From Escherichia phage UoN_LDJ77_1, in the sequence record OK570375: DNA of 64,000 nt; one strand, 5' to 3'. The notes beneath the pieces were generated by a model. That model saw nothing but the letters and a program-made list of their open reading frames with translations. It ran no database searches and was not told where the DNA came from. A program made the translations under genes and the position numbers. Shown here piece by piece: positions 13,295-23,431 of this stretch (position 1 is its first letter; each line of letters opens with the position of its first letter).

Positions 13295-14713
13295 TTATGG
13301 ATAGGTATAGATGATACCAGTTTCTAAAGCAGTTTTATGAATGATGTATCCATTACGCGATTCTTGGACATCAACTTCTGGATAGTCTTTCATCATCTTC
13401 TGAAGAGTGTAACGATGCAGGTAGTATTTACTATCTGGATCTTCAGTTTTCCAATCTTTACCTTCTTCAGTCATTTTTTGGATTTCATCCATAACCCACC
13501 AACCGCACCAGATGTAAGCTGAAGTGCGATGTGGAAGAGGATGAACATAAGGCAATTCACCTTCTGGTTCTGGAGCAACTTTATCAGTTACCTGAACTTG
13601 ACCTTCTGCTGTGATAGTTTTGCTATCATAATCAGTAGCAGTAACAGTTGCAGTAACTTCAATAGTTTGACTTCCAATAGATGATGTATCAACAGTGTAT
13701 ACATTAGTTGACCCTTCTACTGGAGAAGAATCTTTCTTCCATGAATATTCGATTTGTGCTTCTTCTGGAGCATCCGTAACATTAGCAGTAAATGTAGCCG
13801 AAGCATCTTGCTGAACGTTAATAGAAGGAGGAGTCAATGTAACCCGTGGATTCATTGTTTTCTTATTAACAGTCAATGATACTTCATTAGAAGTAACTTC
13901 CTTTTCATTGTAATTTTCTGCAGTTACTTGCGCTACACACTTAACTGTTTTAGCTCCAACTGTGGTAGGAGTATAGTTAAATGTAGTAGTAGTTTCTCCA
14001 TCGACCAGAGAACCGTCAACATACCACTGATACGTAGCAGACGCTCCTGGTGGCTGTGAAGCTAAGGCAGCAGTAAATTCAACGGCTGTTCCAATTACTC
14101 CGGCAGCAGGATTAGCAGGAGTTACAGATAGGGTAGTCGTTTGTGTTTTCTTGTTAACAGTCAAAGATACTTCATTCGAAGTAACTTCCTTTTCATTGTA
14201 ATTTTCAGCAGTTACTTGGGCTACGCATTTAATTCTTTTAACCCCACTTGTAGTTGGAGTGTAATTGAACGTAGCATTAGTTTCTCCACCAACTTGTGAA
14301 TCATCTACATACCACTGATACGTAGCAGATGCTCCTAGCGGCTGCGAAGCTAAGGCAGCGGTAAATTGAACTGGGGTTCCAATCACTCCAGCATCAGGGC
14401 TACCAGGAGTTACTGCCAACGTAGTTGACTGAGTTTTATTTTGAACTGTGATAGTTGTACTAATTTCAGCTGTTTCAGGTTCAGATTCTGCAACTTGATT
14501 GGTTGCAACTACTTTAATAGTCTTTTGACCGGCAGGTCCTTTTAGTACATAACTAAAAGTTGCTGACGTTTCTTCCTGTGGAGCGTCGTCTACAGTCCAA
14601 GCATATGTAATAGGTCCATCTCCAGTTTGACCACTGGGTGTAGCAGTAAACTGCTGAGTCTGATCTATAACTCCAGTAGGTGTTTTAGGAGTTATATCAA
14701 CTGTAAAAGTCAT
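13295..14713 (-). CDS. hoc: highly immunogenic outer capsid protein Hoc, 4 Ig-like domains
   Basis: 472-aa ORF; Ig-like repeats plus C-terminal capsid-binding region; one extra 96-aa Ig unit relative to 376-aa T4 Hoc. Confidence 0.85.
   Translation of the reverse strand: MTFTVDITPKTPTGVIDQTQQFTATPSGQTGDGPITYAWTVDDAPQEETSATFSYVLKGPAGQKTIKVVATNQVAESEPETAEISTTITVQNKTQSTTLAVTPGSPDAGVIGTPVQFTAALASQPLGASATYQWYVDDSQVGGETNATFNYTPTTSGVKRIKCVAQVTAENYNEKEVTSNEVSLTVNKKTQTTTLSVTPANPAAGVIGTAVEFTAALASQPPGASATYQWYVDGSLVDGETTTTFNYTPTTVGAKTVKCVAQVTAENYNEKEVTSNEVSLTVNKKTMNPRVTLTPPSINVQQDASATFTANVTDAPEEAQIEYSWKKDSSPVEGSTNVYTVDTSSIGSQTIEVTATVTATDYDSKTITAEGQVQVTDKVAPEPEGELPYVHPLPHRTSAYIWCGWWVMDEIQKMTEEGKDWKTEDPDSKYYLHRYTLQKMMKDYPEVDVQESRNGYIIHKTALETGIIYTYP
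13850..14425 (-). repeat. tandem direct repeat (2 x 288 bp) inside hoc encoding two near-identical Ig-like domains
   Basis: Units 13850-14137 and 14138-14425 visibly near-identical at DNA level with scattered mismatches; protein units nearly identical. Confidence 0.85.
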
Positions 14714-14722
14714 AAGTTATCC

Positions 14723-15403
14723 TTATTTTAATGTTACGAAAGAAGAATTGCGTGTTTCACGAATTAAAACTGATCCGTCACGGTTAATGTAATAAATTAA
14801 GCTAAATAAAGTTTGGTGTGCTGACGCATGCTCAAAACTAGTTGGGTGAGATTTCCAATCCGGAGTTTCAGCTATCCATTGATAAATCCACCAAGGAACA
14901 GTGCAGAATCCTGGATTTTTTCCAATCAGCTGAAGATTCGGACTAAAGTTTTCCGGAAGAGTAAATACAGACGGCTTTTCAGATTCAATAATCTCAGCTA
15001 CAGCCTGCTCGAATTTTTCTTCAACAAAAGGAGTATCTTCAATCAAAACATCGGTATTTTCAGGAATTTTATCCGTTTCTACTACTTCAATTTTAATGTC
15101 AGATTTAACCGGAGAATCAATCAGAAGTGCTGCTTCTGGATTGACTTCTTCATCGTCATATTTTAACCCCTCTGCAGCATCAGCAGCATCAATTAAGTCT
15201 TTAATAGATAACCCATCAGTCTCTGGCATAGGTTCACTAGCGAGCTTCTGGAGGGCTTCTTCAATATCAACAACGATATTATCAAAAGATTTATTCTTTT
15301 TGACTTTTATACCAAACTGTTCAGCATATTCAGCTAATTTAGCTTTAGCTTCTTTATTATCATCAAGAGCCTTCAGCTCTGCAATATAATCTTTATCTAT
15401 CAT
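14723..15403 (-). CDS. inh: inhibitor of prohead protease (Inh)
   Basis: 226-aa ORF adjacent to hoc as in T4. Confidence 0.8.
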   Translation of the reverse strand: MIDKDYIAELKALDDNKEAKAKLAEYAEQFGIKVKKNKSFDNIVVDIEEALQKLASEPMPETDGLSIKDLIDAADAAEGLKYDDEEVNPEAALLIDSPVKSDIKIEVVETDKIPENTDVLIEDTPFVEEKFEQAVAEIIESEKPSVFTLPENFSPNLQLIGKNPGFCTVPWWIYQWIAETPDWKSHPTSFEHASAHQTLFSLIYYINRDGSVLIRETRNSSFVTLK

Positions 15404-15416
15404 AATATTTCCTCAG

Positions 15417-15424
15417 TATAAATA
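15417..15424 (+). promoter_or_regulatory. late promoter TATAAATA (uvsW)
   Basis: Exact motif 30 nt upstream of uvsW. Confidence 0.65.
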
Positions 15425-15453
15425 TAGATATATTTATTACATGGTATTTAGAC

Positions 15454-16965
15454 ATGACTGACATTAAAGTACATTTTTATGATTTTAGTCACGTGAGAAT
15501 TGATTGTGAAGAAAGTACATTTCATGAACTCCGTGATTTCTTTAGCTTTGAAGCTGATGGGTATCGTTTTAATCCGAAGTACAGATATGGCCACTGGGAT
15601 GGACGAATCCGTCTTTTAGATTATAATCGTCTTCTTCCATTCGGCTTAGTCGGGCAAATTAAAAAGTTCTGTGATAACTTTGGCTATAAAGCCTGGATTG
15701 ACCCGCAAATTAACGAAAAAGAAGAATTATCAAGAAAAGATTTTGATGAATGGCTTTCTAAATTAGAAATCTATTCAGGAAATAAAAGAATTGAACCGCA
15801 CTGGTATCAAAAAGATGCAGTGTTCGAAGGATTAGTTAATCGTCGTAGAATTCTTAATCTTCCAACATCTGCAGGTAAATCGTTAATTCAAGCTTTGCTT
15901 GCGCGATATTATTTGGAAAATTATGAAGGTAAAATTCTTATCATTGTTCCAACAACTGCTCTGACAACTCAGATGGCTGATGACTTCGTCGACTATCGTC
16001 TATTCAGTCATGCAATGATAAAGAAAATTGGTGGCGGAGCATCAAAAGATGATAAATATAAAAATGATGCACCAGTCGTTGTTGGTACATGGCAAACTGT
16101 AGTAAAACAACCGAAAGAATGGTTCTCACAGTTTGGAATGATGATGAATGATGAATGCCATCTTGCTACAGGAAAAAGTATTTCATCTATCATATCAGGT
16201 TTAAATAACTGTATGTTTAAATTTGGTTTGTCTGGTTCATTACGTGACGGCAAAGCCAATATCATGCAGTATGTTGGAATGTTTGGTGAAATATTTAAGC
16301 CAGTAACGACCTCTAAATTAATGGAAGATGGACAAGTAACTGAGTTAAAAATTAATAGTATTTTTCTTCGCTATCCCGATGAGTTCACTACTAAATTAAA
16401 GGGAAAAACTTACCAAGAAGAAATAAAAATTATTACTGGGCTCAGTAAAAGAAATAAATGGATCGCTAAATTAGCTATTAAGCTTGCACAAAAAGATGAA
16501 AACGCTTTTGTCATGTTTAAACATGTATCGCATGGTAAAGCTATTTTCGATTTAATTAAAAATGAATACGATAAAGTTTATTACGTATCAGGGGAAGTTG
16601 ATACCGAAACCCGCAATATAATGAAAACCTTAGCTGAAAATGGTAAAGGAATAATTATAGTAGCTAGTTATGGTGTATTTTCTACTGGTATTTCAGTTAA
16701 AAATCTACATCACGTTGTTTTAGCGCACGGTGTTAAATCAAAAATCATTGTATTACAAACAATCGGTCGTGTATTACGTAAGCATGGTTCTAAGACAATA
16801 GCAACAGTCTGGGATCTTATAGATGACGCGGGCGTTAAGCCAAAATCTGCTAATACGAAAAAGAAATATGTTCATTTGAACTATCTTTTAAAACACGGCA
16901 TTGATCGTATTCAGCGCTACGCAGATGAAAAATTTAATTACGTAATGAAAACAGTTAATTTATAA
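15454..16965 (+). CDS. uvsW: UvsW RNA-DNA/DNA-DNA helicase
   Basis: 503-aa ORF; Walker A PTSAGKS and DECH box; late promoter at 15417. Confidence 0.9.
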   Translation: MTDIKVHFYDFSHVRIDCEESTFHELRDFFSFEADGYRFNPKYRYGHWDGRIRLLDYNRLLPFGLVGQIKKFCDNFGYKAWIDPQINEKEELSRKDFDEWLSKLEIYSGNKRIEPHWYQKDAVFEGLVNRRRILNLPTSAGKSLIQALLARYYLENYEGKILIIVPTTALTTQMADDFVDYRLFSHAMIKKIGGGASKDDKYKNDAPVVVGTWQTVVKQPKEWFSQFGMMMNDECHLATGKSISSIISGLNNCMFKFGLSGSLRDGKANIMQYVGMFGEIFKPVTTSKLMEDGQVTELKINSIFLRYPDEFTTKLKGKTYQEEIKIITGLSKRNKWIAKLAIKLAQKDENAFVMFKHVSHGKAIFDLIKNEYDKVYYVSGEVDTETRNIMKTLAENGKGIIIVASYGVFSTGISVKNLHHVVLAHGVKSKIIVLQTIGRVLRKHGSKTIATVWDLIDDAGVKPKSANTKKKYVHLNYLLKHGIDRIQRYADEKFNYVMKTVNL

Positions 16966-16990
16966 GGGCTTCGGCCCTTTGGAGAAAAAG

Positions 16991-17221
16991 ATGTTACTAG
17001 GATTTAAACAATTTCTTTATGAAGCTTCTATTGATGAATTTATGGGTAAAATTGCCTCTTGTCAAACATTAGAAGGTTTAGAAGAACTTGAAGCTTATTA
17101 TAAGAAAAGAGTCAAAGAAACTGAATTAAAAGATACTGATGACATCTCTGTAAGAGATGCTTTGGCAGGAAAAAGAGCTGAATTAGAAGATTCAGACGAT
17201 GAAGTAGAAGAAAGCTTTTAA
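16991..17221 (+). CDS. uvsW.1: UvsW.1
   Basis: ATG at 16991 gives 76 aa (track start 16979 is TTG); follows uvsW. Confidence 0.8.
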   Translation: MLLGFKQFLYEASIDEFMGKIASCQTLEGLEELEAYYKKRVKETELKDTDDISVRDALAGKRAELEDSDDEVEESF

Positions 17222-17230
17222 ATTAAAAAA

Positions 17231-17253
17231 GGCCCAACCAAAAAGGAAGGGCC
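17231..17253. terminator. hairpin between uvsW.1 and uvsY.-2 convergent genes
   Basis: GGCCC-13 nt loop-GGGCC flanked by A/T runs. Confidence 0.5.
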
Positions 17254-17276
17254 AAAACTATAGACTAAAGGTCACA

Positions 17277-17444
17277 CTATAGCAAAAGTTGTGTTTCATT
17301 TAATTGTTCTTCCGAACTTTCTGAAACTGGTAGTTCTTTAATGTAATTATAGCAAGGCCCAGGATGTACAGGACCTTTGTCTGTTTCAACAACCAATGCA
17401 GAATCGATTGGAGTTTTACAGACAACACAAATCTTATCTGACAT
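17277..17444 (-). CDS. small Cys-rich protein (uvsY.-2-like), 55 aa
   Basis: ATG at 17444 with GAGGAG SD; CVVC...C motif; below ORF-track length cutoff. Confidence 0.6.
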   Translation of the reverse strand: MSDKICVVCKTPIDSALVVETDKGPVHPGPCYNYIKELPVSESSEEQLNETQLLL

Positions 17445-17472
17445 GATTGTCTCCTCTGAATTATATATCTAT

Positions 17473-17697
17473 TTATACAACTCTCATATGCATATCAATG
17501 CCCATATCTTTAGAATAAAAATATTCATCAAGATATCCGGCAAATTTTCCTTTAATATAAAGGACATCTTCACCGCACGGGTGGTCGGCCAGGATACGAA
17601 TATCCTGACGCTTAAGATTATGCTTTTTCATTAAGAATTGAATTTCCGTTTCAAATTCTTCTTCATAATTAAAAGCATCATCAATGCTATATCTCAT
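17473..17697 (-). CDS. hypothetical protein (uvsY.-1-like)
   Basis: 74-aa ORF upstream-adjacent to uvsY operon. Confidence 0.65.
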   Translation of the reverse strand: MRYSIDDAFNYEEEFETEIQFLMKKHNLKRQDIRILADHPCGEDVLYIKGKFAGYLDEYFYSKDMGIDMHMRVV

Positions 17698-18110
17698 TAT
17701 TTTCCAGCCTCAAATGCCCGCATGTCTTGAATATGCTTAATAGCAAATCCGCGTGATTTGATAGCATCAAGAGCTCCGCTACAGAAATCTAATAAAATTC
17801 CCCAATATTGTAATGAAGTATCAACCTTTAAAACATCCTTATCAGCTGATAGAACTGTTTTCATTTCTGATTTCTCGTAACGATCCATACTAAATTCATC
17901 ACCGTCTCCTCGTCCCGAGTAGTAGTCTAATTTAGCTTTAAGAGCAACTTTTTTCTGTGCATCAATTCTAAGCATTTCCTTTTTAATACTTGAATGCTTA
18001 TTAAGCCATTTACTATATAACATCACATTATTAGCTGCTTCATACTGTAATTTAGTCGAATCTATAAACACATCTTTCTTCAATTCTTCTTGAAGATCTT
18101 CTAATCTCAT
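17697..18110 (-). CDS. uvsY: UvsY recombination mediator
   Basis: 137-aa ORF; MotA-type middle promoter upstream. Confidence 0.9.
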   Translation of the reverse strand: MRLEDLQEELKKDVFIDSTKLQYEAANNVMLYSKWLNKHSSIKKEMLRIDAQKKVALKAKLDYYSGRGDGDEFSMDRYEKSEMKTVLSADKDVLKVDTSLQYWGILLDFCSGALDAIKSRGFAIKHIQDMRAFEAGK

Positions 18111-18141
18111 ATTGTTCTCTATTCAATTGTTATTGGATGGA

Positions 18142-18180
18142 CTTAGATTCATTATACCACGTTTTAACGTGAAGCATTAT
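18142..18180 (-). promoter_or_regulatory. MotA-dependent middle promoter (uvsY)
   Basis: Minus strand reads TAATGCTTCA (MotA box) - 13 nt - TATAAT upstream of uvsY. Confidence 0.6.
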
Positions 18181-18575
18181 ACCCTATTACTCGAAGCCAG
18201 TTGCAGTTTTATCTGCTCAATATCATCAGGGTTATCGATGACCGAAAAGCGTATTTCTACTATCAGAGTATAATCATCATAAACTGGTATCACATTAACT
18301 GATAATTTATCAATACGTGGCTCATAGTTTCTTACTGCGCTTTCAATATTGCGCTCAACTGTGTCAGCAGTAAGAGGAGTCATATTTTCAAAAAGCTGGT
18401 CTGATAAATCACATCCAAATTCAGGGTCAAACGGTCTTGAACCTTTTCTTGTTGTAATAATTCCCAAAAGACTGTTTTTAATTGACCTTAATCCAAGTGA
18501 TCTGGAAACATCTTTGTTCCAATCCATTTTCATTTCCGGGTCAATATCAGAATAAAGCTTATTAATATTTGCCAT
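18177..18575 (-). CDS. 25: baseplate wedge protein gp25
   Basis: 132-aa ORF, T4 gp25 length and position. Confidence 0.9.
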   Translation of the reverse strand: MANINKLYSDIDPEMKMDWNKDVSRSLGLRSIKNSLLGIITTRKGSRPFDPEFGCDLSDQLFENMTPLTADTVERNIESAVRNYEPRIDKLSVNVIPVYDDYTLIVEIRFSVIDNPDDIEQIKLQLASSNRV

Positions 18576-19201
18576 TATAGTAACTCAAAGAACTCTTTGA
18601 GGCCTCTTATTACGTGAGCATGGGTTTTTCCACACTCTGGACACTTAATTGGAACAGCCAAATAAACGGTAGGTTTTAAAAGCATATCTTTTATAGCTAC
18701 AATATCTGACTCTGTGATGATAGAATATAAATCTTCTAGTTCCTTTTCATTTAAGTCTTCAACTGGAATGCTTTCCCCGTTAGCATGAATCGTTTCTATG
18801 CATGATACTATCATGTGGGCTATATTTTTATCATCAAAAATTTTAGGGTATCGGAATTTAATTTTAATGTCACCCAGTGTATACCAGAGGTCTTCTGATG
18901 CATCTATTTGTGTATGTAATAGATTTATATGGGTTGGTATTTCAGTTCCACAGGTGCACTTCCAGGAGTTTTCGTGATTAACTTCGCCGAGAGAATGTGC
19001 CCATAAATGAATCAGCAGTAGTTCTGATTCTTGGCGGTTTAAATCTTTTGCATTTGTGCAGTCTTTGATTAGCTTTTTAACAATTACTTCTACAGAACCA
19101 TTATTTTTGGCAGTAATAAGTTCTAGATATTCTTTAAGCGTGAATGCGCGACAATTGATTATTTTAGAACCAACTCTCACATCAAATTTGTATTCATACA
19201 T
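18575..19201 (-). CDS. 26: baseplate hub protein gp26
   Basis: 208-aa ORF; late promoter on minus strand at 19223. Confidence 0.85.
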   Translation of the reverse strand: MYEYKFDVRVGSKIINCRAFTLKEYLELITAKNNGSVEVIVKKLIKDCTNAKDLNRQESELLLIHLWAHSLGEVNHENSWKCTCGTEIPTHINLLHTQIDASEDLWYTLGDIKIKFRYPKIFDDKNIAHMIVSCIETIHANGESIPVEDLNEKELEDLYSIITESDIVAIKDMLLKPTVYLAVPIKCPECGKTHAHVIRGLKEFFELL

Positions 19202-19222
19202 ATTTAGCTCCTTTATTTATCA

Positions 19223-19234
19223 TATTTATAAATA
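19223..19234. promoter_or_regulatory. divergent overlapping late promoters (gene 26 leftward, gene 51 rightward)
   Basis: TATTTATA at 19223-19230 (TATAAATA on minus strand) and TATAAATA at 19227-19234 on plus strand. Confidence 0.65.
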
Positions 19235-19251
19235 GAATAAAAGGAGCATCT

Positions 19252-20001
19252 ATGGCAAACATTATTCGTTGTAAATTACCAGATGGTGTTCATCGTTTTA
19301 AACCATTTACGGTAGAAGATTATCGAGATTTTTTGTTAGTTCGAAACGATATAGAACATCGGTCACCACAAGAACAAAAAGAAATAATTGCTGATTTAAT
19401 TGCTGATTATTTTGGAGACTATCCGAAGACTTGGCAACCATTTATATTTTTGCAGGTATTTGTAGGGTCGATAGGTAAAACTAAAGTACCGGTCACATTT
19501 GTATGTCCAAAATGTAAAAAAGAAAAGACAGTTCCATTTGAAATATACCAAAAAGAATTAAAGGAACCTGTTTTTGATGTAGCTAATGTTAAAATTAAAT
19601 TAAAGTTTCCTTCTGAGTTTTATGAAAATAAAGCAAAGATGATTACTGAAAATATTCATTCTGTTCAAGTAGATGAAATGTGGTATGATTGGAATGAAAT
19701 TAGCGAATCAAGTCAAATAGAACTTGTTGATGCCATCGAGATAGAAACATTAGAAAAAATTCTCGATGCAATGAATCCTATTAATTTAACATTGCATATG
19801 TCATGCTGTAATAAGTATGTAAAAAAATACACTGATATAGTAGATGTGTTTAAGCTATTAGTTAACCCAGATGAAATATTTACTTTTTATCAAATCAATC
19901 ACACGCTCGTAAAAAGTAATTATAGCTTAAATTCAATAATGAAAATGATTCCTGCTGAGCGCGGATTCGTATTAAAACTGATTGAGAAGGATAAACAATA
20001 A
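19252..20001 (+). CDS. 51: baseplate hub assembly protein gp51
   Basis: 249-aa ORF; late promoter at 19227. Confidence 0.85.
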   Translation: MANIIRCKLPDGVHRFKPFTVEDYRDFLLVRNDIEHRSPQEQKEIIADLIADYFGDYPKTWQPFIFLQVFVGSIGKTKVPVTFVCPKCKKEKTVPFEIYQKELKEPVFDVANVKIKLKFPSEFYENKAKMITENIHSVQVDEMWYDWNEISESSQIELVDAIEIETLEKILDAMNPINLTLHMSCCNKYVKKYTDIVDVFKLLVNPDEIFTFYQINHTLVKSNYSLNSIMKMIPAERGFVLKLIEKDKQ

Positions 20002-21176
20002 TGAGTATGTTGCAACGCCCCGGATATCCAAATCTCAGCGTTAAATTATTTGATAGCTACGACGCTTGGAGTAATAATAGATTTGTTGAATTAGCTGCTA
20101 CTATTACCACATTAACTATGCGGGATTCTCTTTATGGCCGAAATGAAGGAATGCTGCAGTTTTATGATTCTAAAAATATCCATACAAAAATGGATGGAAA
20201 TGAAATAATTCAGATTTCTGTAGCTAATGCAAACGATATTAATAATGTTAAAACACGAATTTATGGATGTAAGCATTTTTCCGTGTCAGTAGATTCAAAA
20301 GGTGATAACATCATTGCTATTGAATTGGGAACTATTCATTCTATAGAAAATCTTAAATTTGGTAGACCATTTTTCCCTGATGCAGGCGAATCTATAAAAG
20401 AAATGCTTGGTGTCATTTATCAGGACCGCACATTATTAACTCCAGCAATAAATGCTATAAATGCTTATGTTCCTGATATTCCATGGACTAGCACATTTGA
20501 AAACTATTTGTCGTATGTTAGAGAAGTTGCTCTAGCTGTAGGAAGTGACAAATTTGTATTTGTGTGGCAAGACATCATGGGAGTTAACATGATGGACTAT
20601 GATATGATGATAAATCAAGAACCGTATCCAATGATTGTCGGTGAGCCATCTTTAATAGGTCAATTCATCCAAGAATTAAAATATCCATTAGCATATGATT
20701 TCGTTTGGTTGACTAAATCGAATCCTCATAAACGCGACCCAATGAAAAACGCTACTATCTATGCTCATTCATTTTTAGATTCTTCATTGCCAATGATTAC
20801 TACAGGAAAGGGAGAAAACTCTATTGTAGTGTCAAGGTCAGGTGCTTATTCTGAAATGACTTATAGGAATGGATATGAAGAAGCTATTCGTCTTCAAACT
20901 ATGGCGCAATATGATGGCTATGCTAAATGTTCTACTGTCGGTAATTTTAACTTGACTCCTGGTGTTAAAATTATTTTTAATGATAGTAAAAACCAATTTA
21001 AAACAGAATTTTACGTTGATGAAGTTATCCATGAATTATCCAATAATAATTCAGTAACTCATCTATATATGTTCACTAATGCAACGAAACTGGAAACAAT
21101 AGACCCAGTTAAGGTTAAAAATGAATTTAAATCTGATACTACCACTGAAGAAAGTAGTTCTTCCAATAAGCAATAA
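20001..21176 (+). CDS. 27: baseplate hub protein gp27
   Basis: 391-aa ORF, T4 gp27 length. Confidence 0.9.
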   Translation: MSMLQRPGYPNLSVKLFDSYDAWSNNRFVELAATITTLTMRDSLYGRNEGMLQFYDSKNIHTKMDGNEIIQISVANANDINNVKTRIYGCKHFSVSVDSKGDNIIAIELGTIHSIENLKFGRPFFPDAGESIKEMLGVIYQDRTLLTPAINAINAYVPDIPWTSTFENYLSYVREVALAVGSDKFVFVWQDIMGVNMMDYDMMINQEPYPMIVGEPSLIGQFIQELKYPLAYDFVWLTKSNPHKRDPMKNATIYAHSFLDSSLPMITTGKGENSIVVSRSGAYSEMTYRNGYEEAIRLQTMAQYDGYAKCSTVGNFNLTPGVKIIFNDSKNQFKTEFYVDEVIHELSNNNSVTHLYMFTNATKLETIDPVKVKNEFKSDTTTEESSSSNKQ

Positions 21177-21654
21177 AGAAGTTTCTATTCCTAAAATGGG
21201 TCTTAAACATTATAATATTTTAAAAGATGTTAAAGGTCCTGATGAAAATTTAAAACTTCTTATTGATTCTATTTGTCCGAATTTATCACCGGCAGAAGTT
21301 GATTTCGTTTCTATTCATTTATTGGAATTTAATGGAAAGATTAAATCTCGTAAAGAAATAGATGGCTATACTTATGACATAAATGATGTTTATGTATGCC
21401 AAAGATTAGAGTTTCAATACCAAGGAAATACATTTTATTTTAGACCTCCTGGAAAATTTGAACAATTTTTAACGGTGAGCGATATGTTATCCAAATGCTT
21501 GCTTAAGGTCAATGATGAAGTTAAAGAAATTAATTTTCTTGAGATGCCAGCATTCGTTTTAAAATGGGCAAATGATATTTTTACAACTTTAGCAATTCCT
21601 GGCCCTAATGGTCCAATAACTGGAATTGGCAATATTATTGGATTATTTGAATGA
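21121..21654 (+). CDS. 28: baseplate hub protein gp28
   Basis: 177-aa ORF, ATG start, overlaps 3' end of gene 27 by 56 nt. Confidence 0.8.
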   Translation: MNLNLILPLKKVVLPISNKEVSIPKMGLKHYNILKDVKGPDENLKLLIDSICPNLSPAEVDFVSIHLLEFNGKIKSRKEIDGYTYDINDVYVCQRLEFQYQGNTFYFRPPGKFEQFLTVSDMLSKCLLKVNDEVKEINFLEMPAFVLKWANDIFTTLAIPGPNGPITGIGNIIGLFE

Positions 21655-23423
21655 AAAAGCCACAAGAAATGCAAACGATGCGTAGAAAAGTTATTTCAGA
21701 TAATAAACCAACACAGGAAGCGGCTAAATCCGCTTCTAATACTTTATCTGGGCTTAATGACATTTCTACGAAATTGGATGATGCTCAAGCTGCTTCTGAA
21801 TTAATAGCTCAAACTGTCGAAGAAAAATCGAATGAAATAATTGGAGCAATTGATAACGTAGAAAGCGCAGTGAGTGATACTACTGCTGGTTCTGAGTTAA
21901 TTGCTGAAACTGTCGAAATTGGCAACAATATTAATAAAGAAATCGGTGAATCACTCGGAAGCAAATTAGATAAATTAACAAGTTTACTAGAGCAAAAAAT
22001 TCAGACAGCTGGAATTCAACAGACGGGAACTAGTTTAGCCACGGTTGAAAGCGCTATTCCTGTTAAAGTCGTTGAGGATGATACTGCCGAATCTGTGGGT
22101 CCTTTATTACCAGCTCCCGAAGCAGTTAATAATGATCCTGACGCTGATTTTTTCCCTACCCCTCAACCAGTTGAACCCAAACAAGAATCACCAGAAGAAA
22201 AACAGAAAAAAGAAGCATTTAACTTAAAATTATCTCAAGCTTTAGATAAATTAACAAAGACAGTTGATTTTGGATTTAAGAAATCTATTTCAATTACTGA
22301 TAAAATATCAAGCATGCTATTTAAGTATACCGTTAGTGCTGCTATTGAAGCTGCTAAAATGACTGCAATGATATTGGCTGTTGTTGTTGGAATAGACCTG
22401 TTGATGGTTCATTTTAAATACTGGTCAGATAAATTTTCAAAAGCCTGGGATTTATATAGTACTGATTTTACTAAATTCTCTAGCGAAACCGGAACATGGG
22501 GTCCTTTATTACAGAGCATCTTTGATTCTATTGATAAAATTAAACAACTTTGGGAAGCGGGAGATTGGGGTGGATTGACAACAGCTATCATAGAAGGACT
22601 TGGAAGTGTTCTTTTTAATTTAGGAGAGCTTATTCAATTAGGTATGGCTAAATTATCTGCAGCAATTCTTCGAGTCATTCCTGGTATGAAGGATACTGCT
22701 GATGAAGTAGAAGGAAGAGCATTGGAAAATTTCCAAAATTCTACTGGAGCATCTCTCAATAAAGAAGACCAAGAAAAAGTTGCAAATTATCAAGATAAAC
22801 GAATGAACGGAGACCTTGGTCCGATAGCAAAAGGATTAGATAAAATTGCTAATTGGAAAACTCGTGCATCTAATTGGATTCGTGGGGTTGATAATAAAGA
22901 AGCACTAACTACCGACGAAGAACGCGCAGCAGAAGAAGAAAAATTAAAGCAACTTTCACCTGAAGAAAGAAAAAATGCTTTAATGAAGGCTAATGAAGCC
23001 CGTGCCGCAATGATTCGCTTTGAAAAATATGCTGATTCAGCTGATATGAGTAAAGACTCAACGGTTAAATCTGTTGAATCTGCCTATGAAGACCTTAAAA
23101 AACGGATGGATGACCCGGATTTAAACAATTCACCGGCAGTTAAAAAAGAACTTGCTGCTAGATTTTCTAAAATTGATGCTACTTATCAAGAGCTCAAGAA
23201 AAATCAGCCTAATGCCAAACCTGAAACTTCTGCTAAATCGCCAGAAGCGAAACAGGTCCAGGTTATTGAAAAGAACAAAGCACAGCAAGTTCCTGTTCAG
23301 CAAGCATCTCCTTCAATCAATAATACTAATAATGTTATTAAGAAAAATACTGTCGTTCATAATATGACACCCGTAACGAGCACGACTGCTCCTGGTGTAT
23401 TTGATGCGACTGGAGTTAATTAA
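21651..23423 (+). CDS. 29: baseplate hub / tail length determinator gp29
   Basis: 590-aa ORF, T4 gp29 length. Confidence 0.9.
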   Translation: MKKPQEMQTMRRKVISDNKPTQEAAKSASNTLSGLNDISTKLDDAQAASELIAQTVEEKSNEIIGAIDNVESAVSDTTAGSELIAETVEIGNNINKEIGESLGSKLDKLTSLLEQKIQTAGIQQTGTSLATVESAIPVKVVEDDTAESVGPLLPAPEAVNNDPDADFFPTPQPVEPKQESPEEKQKKEAFNLKLSQALDKLTKTVDFGFKKSISITDKISSMLFKYTVSAAIEAAKMTAMILAVVVGIDLLMVHFKYWSDKFSKAWDLYSTDFTKFSSETGTWGPLLQSIFDSIDKIKQLWEAGDWGGLTTAIIEGLGSVLFNLGELIQLGMAKLSAAILRVIPGMKDTADEVEGRALENFQNSTGASLNKEDQEKVANYQDKRMNGDLGPIAKGLDKIANWKTRASNWIRGVDNKEALTTDEERAAEEEKLKQLSPEERKNALMKANEARAAMIRFEKYADSADMSKDSTVKSVESAYEDLKKRMDDPDLNNSPAVKKELAARFSKIDATYQELKKNQPNAKPETSAKSPEAKQVQVIEKNKAQQVPVQQASPSINNTNNVIKKNTVVHNMTPVTSTTAPGVFDATGVN

Positions 23424-23431
23424 GGAATAAT

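Noticed and set aside
14828-15389. Plus-strand ORFs of 112 and 97 aa inside inh
   Set aside because: Low-complexity translations antisense to the inh coding sequence, with no SD or promoter.
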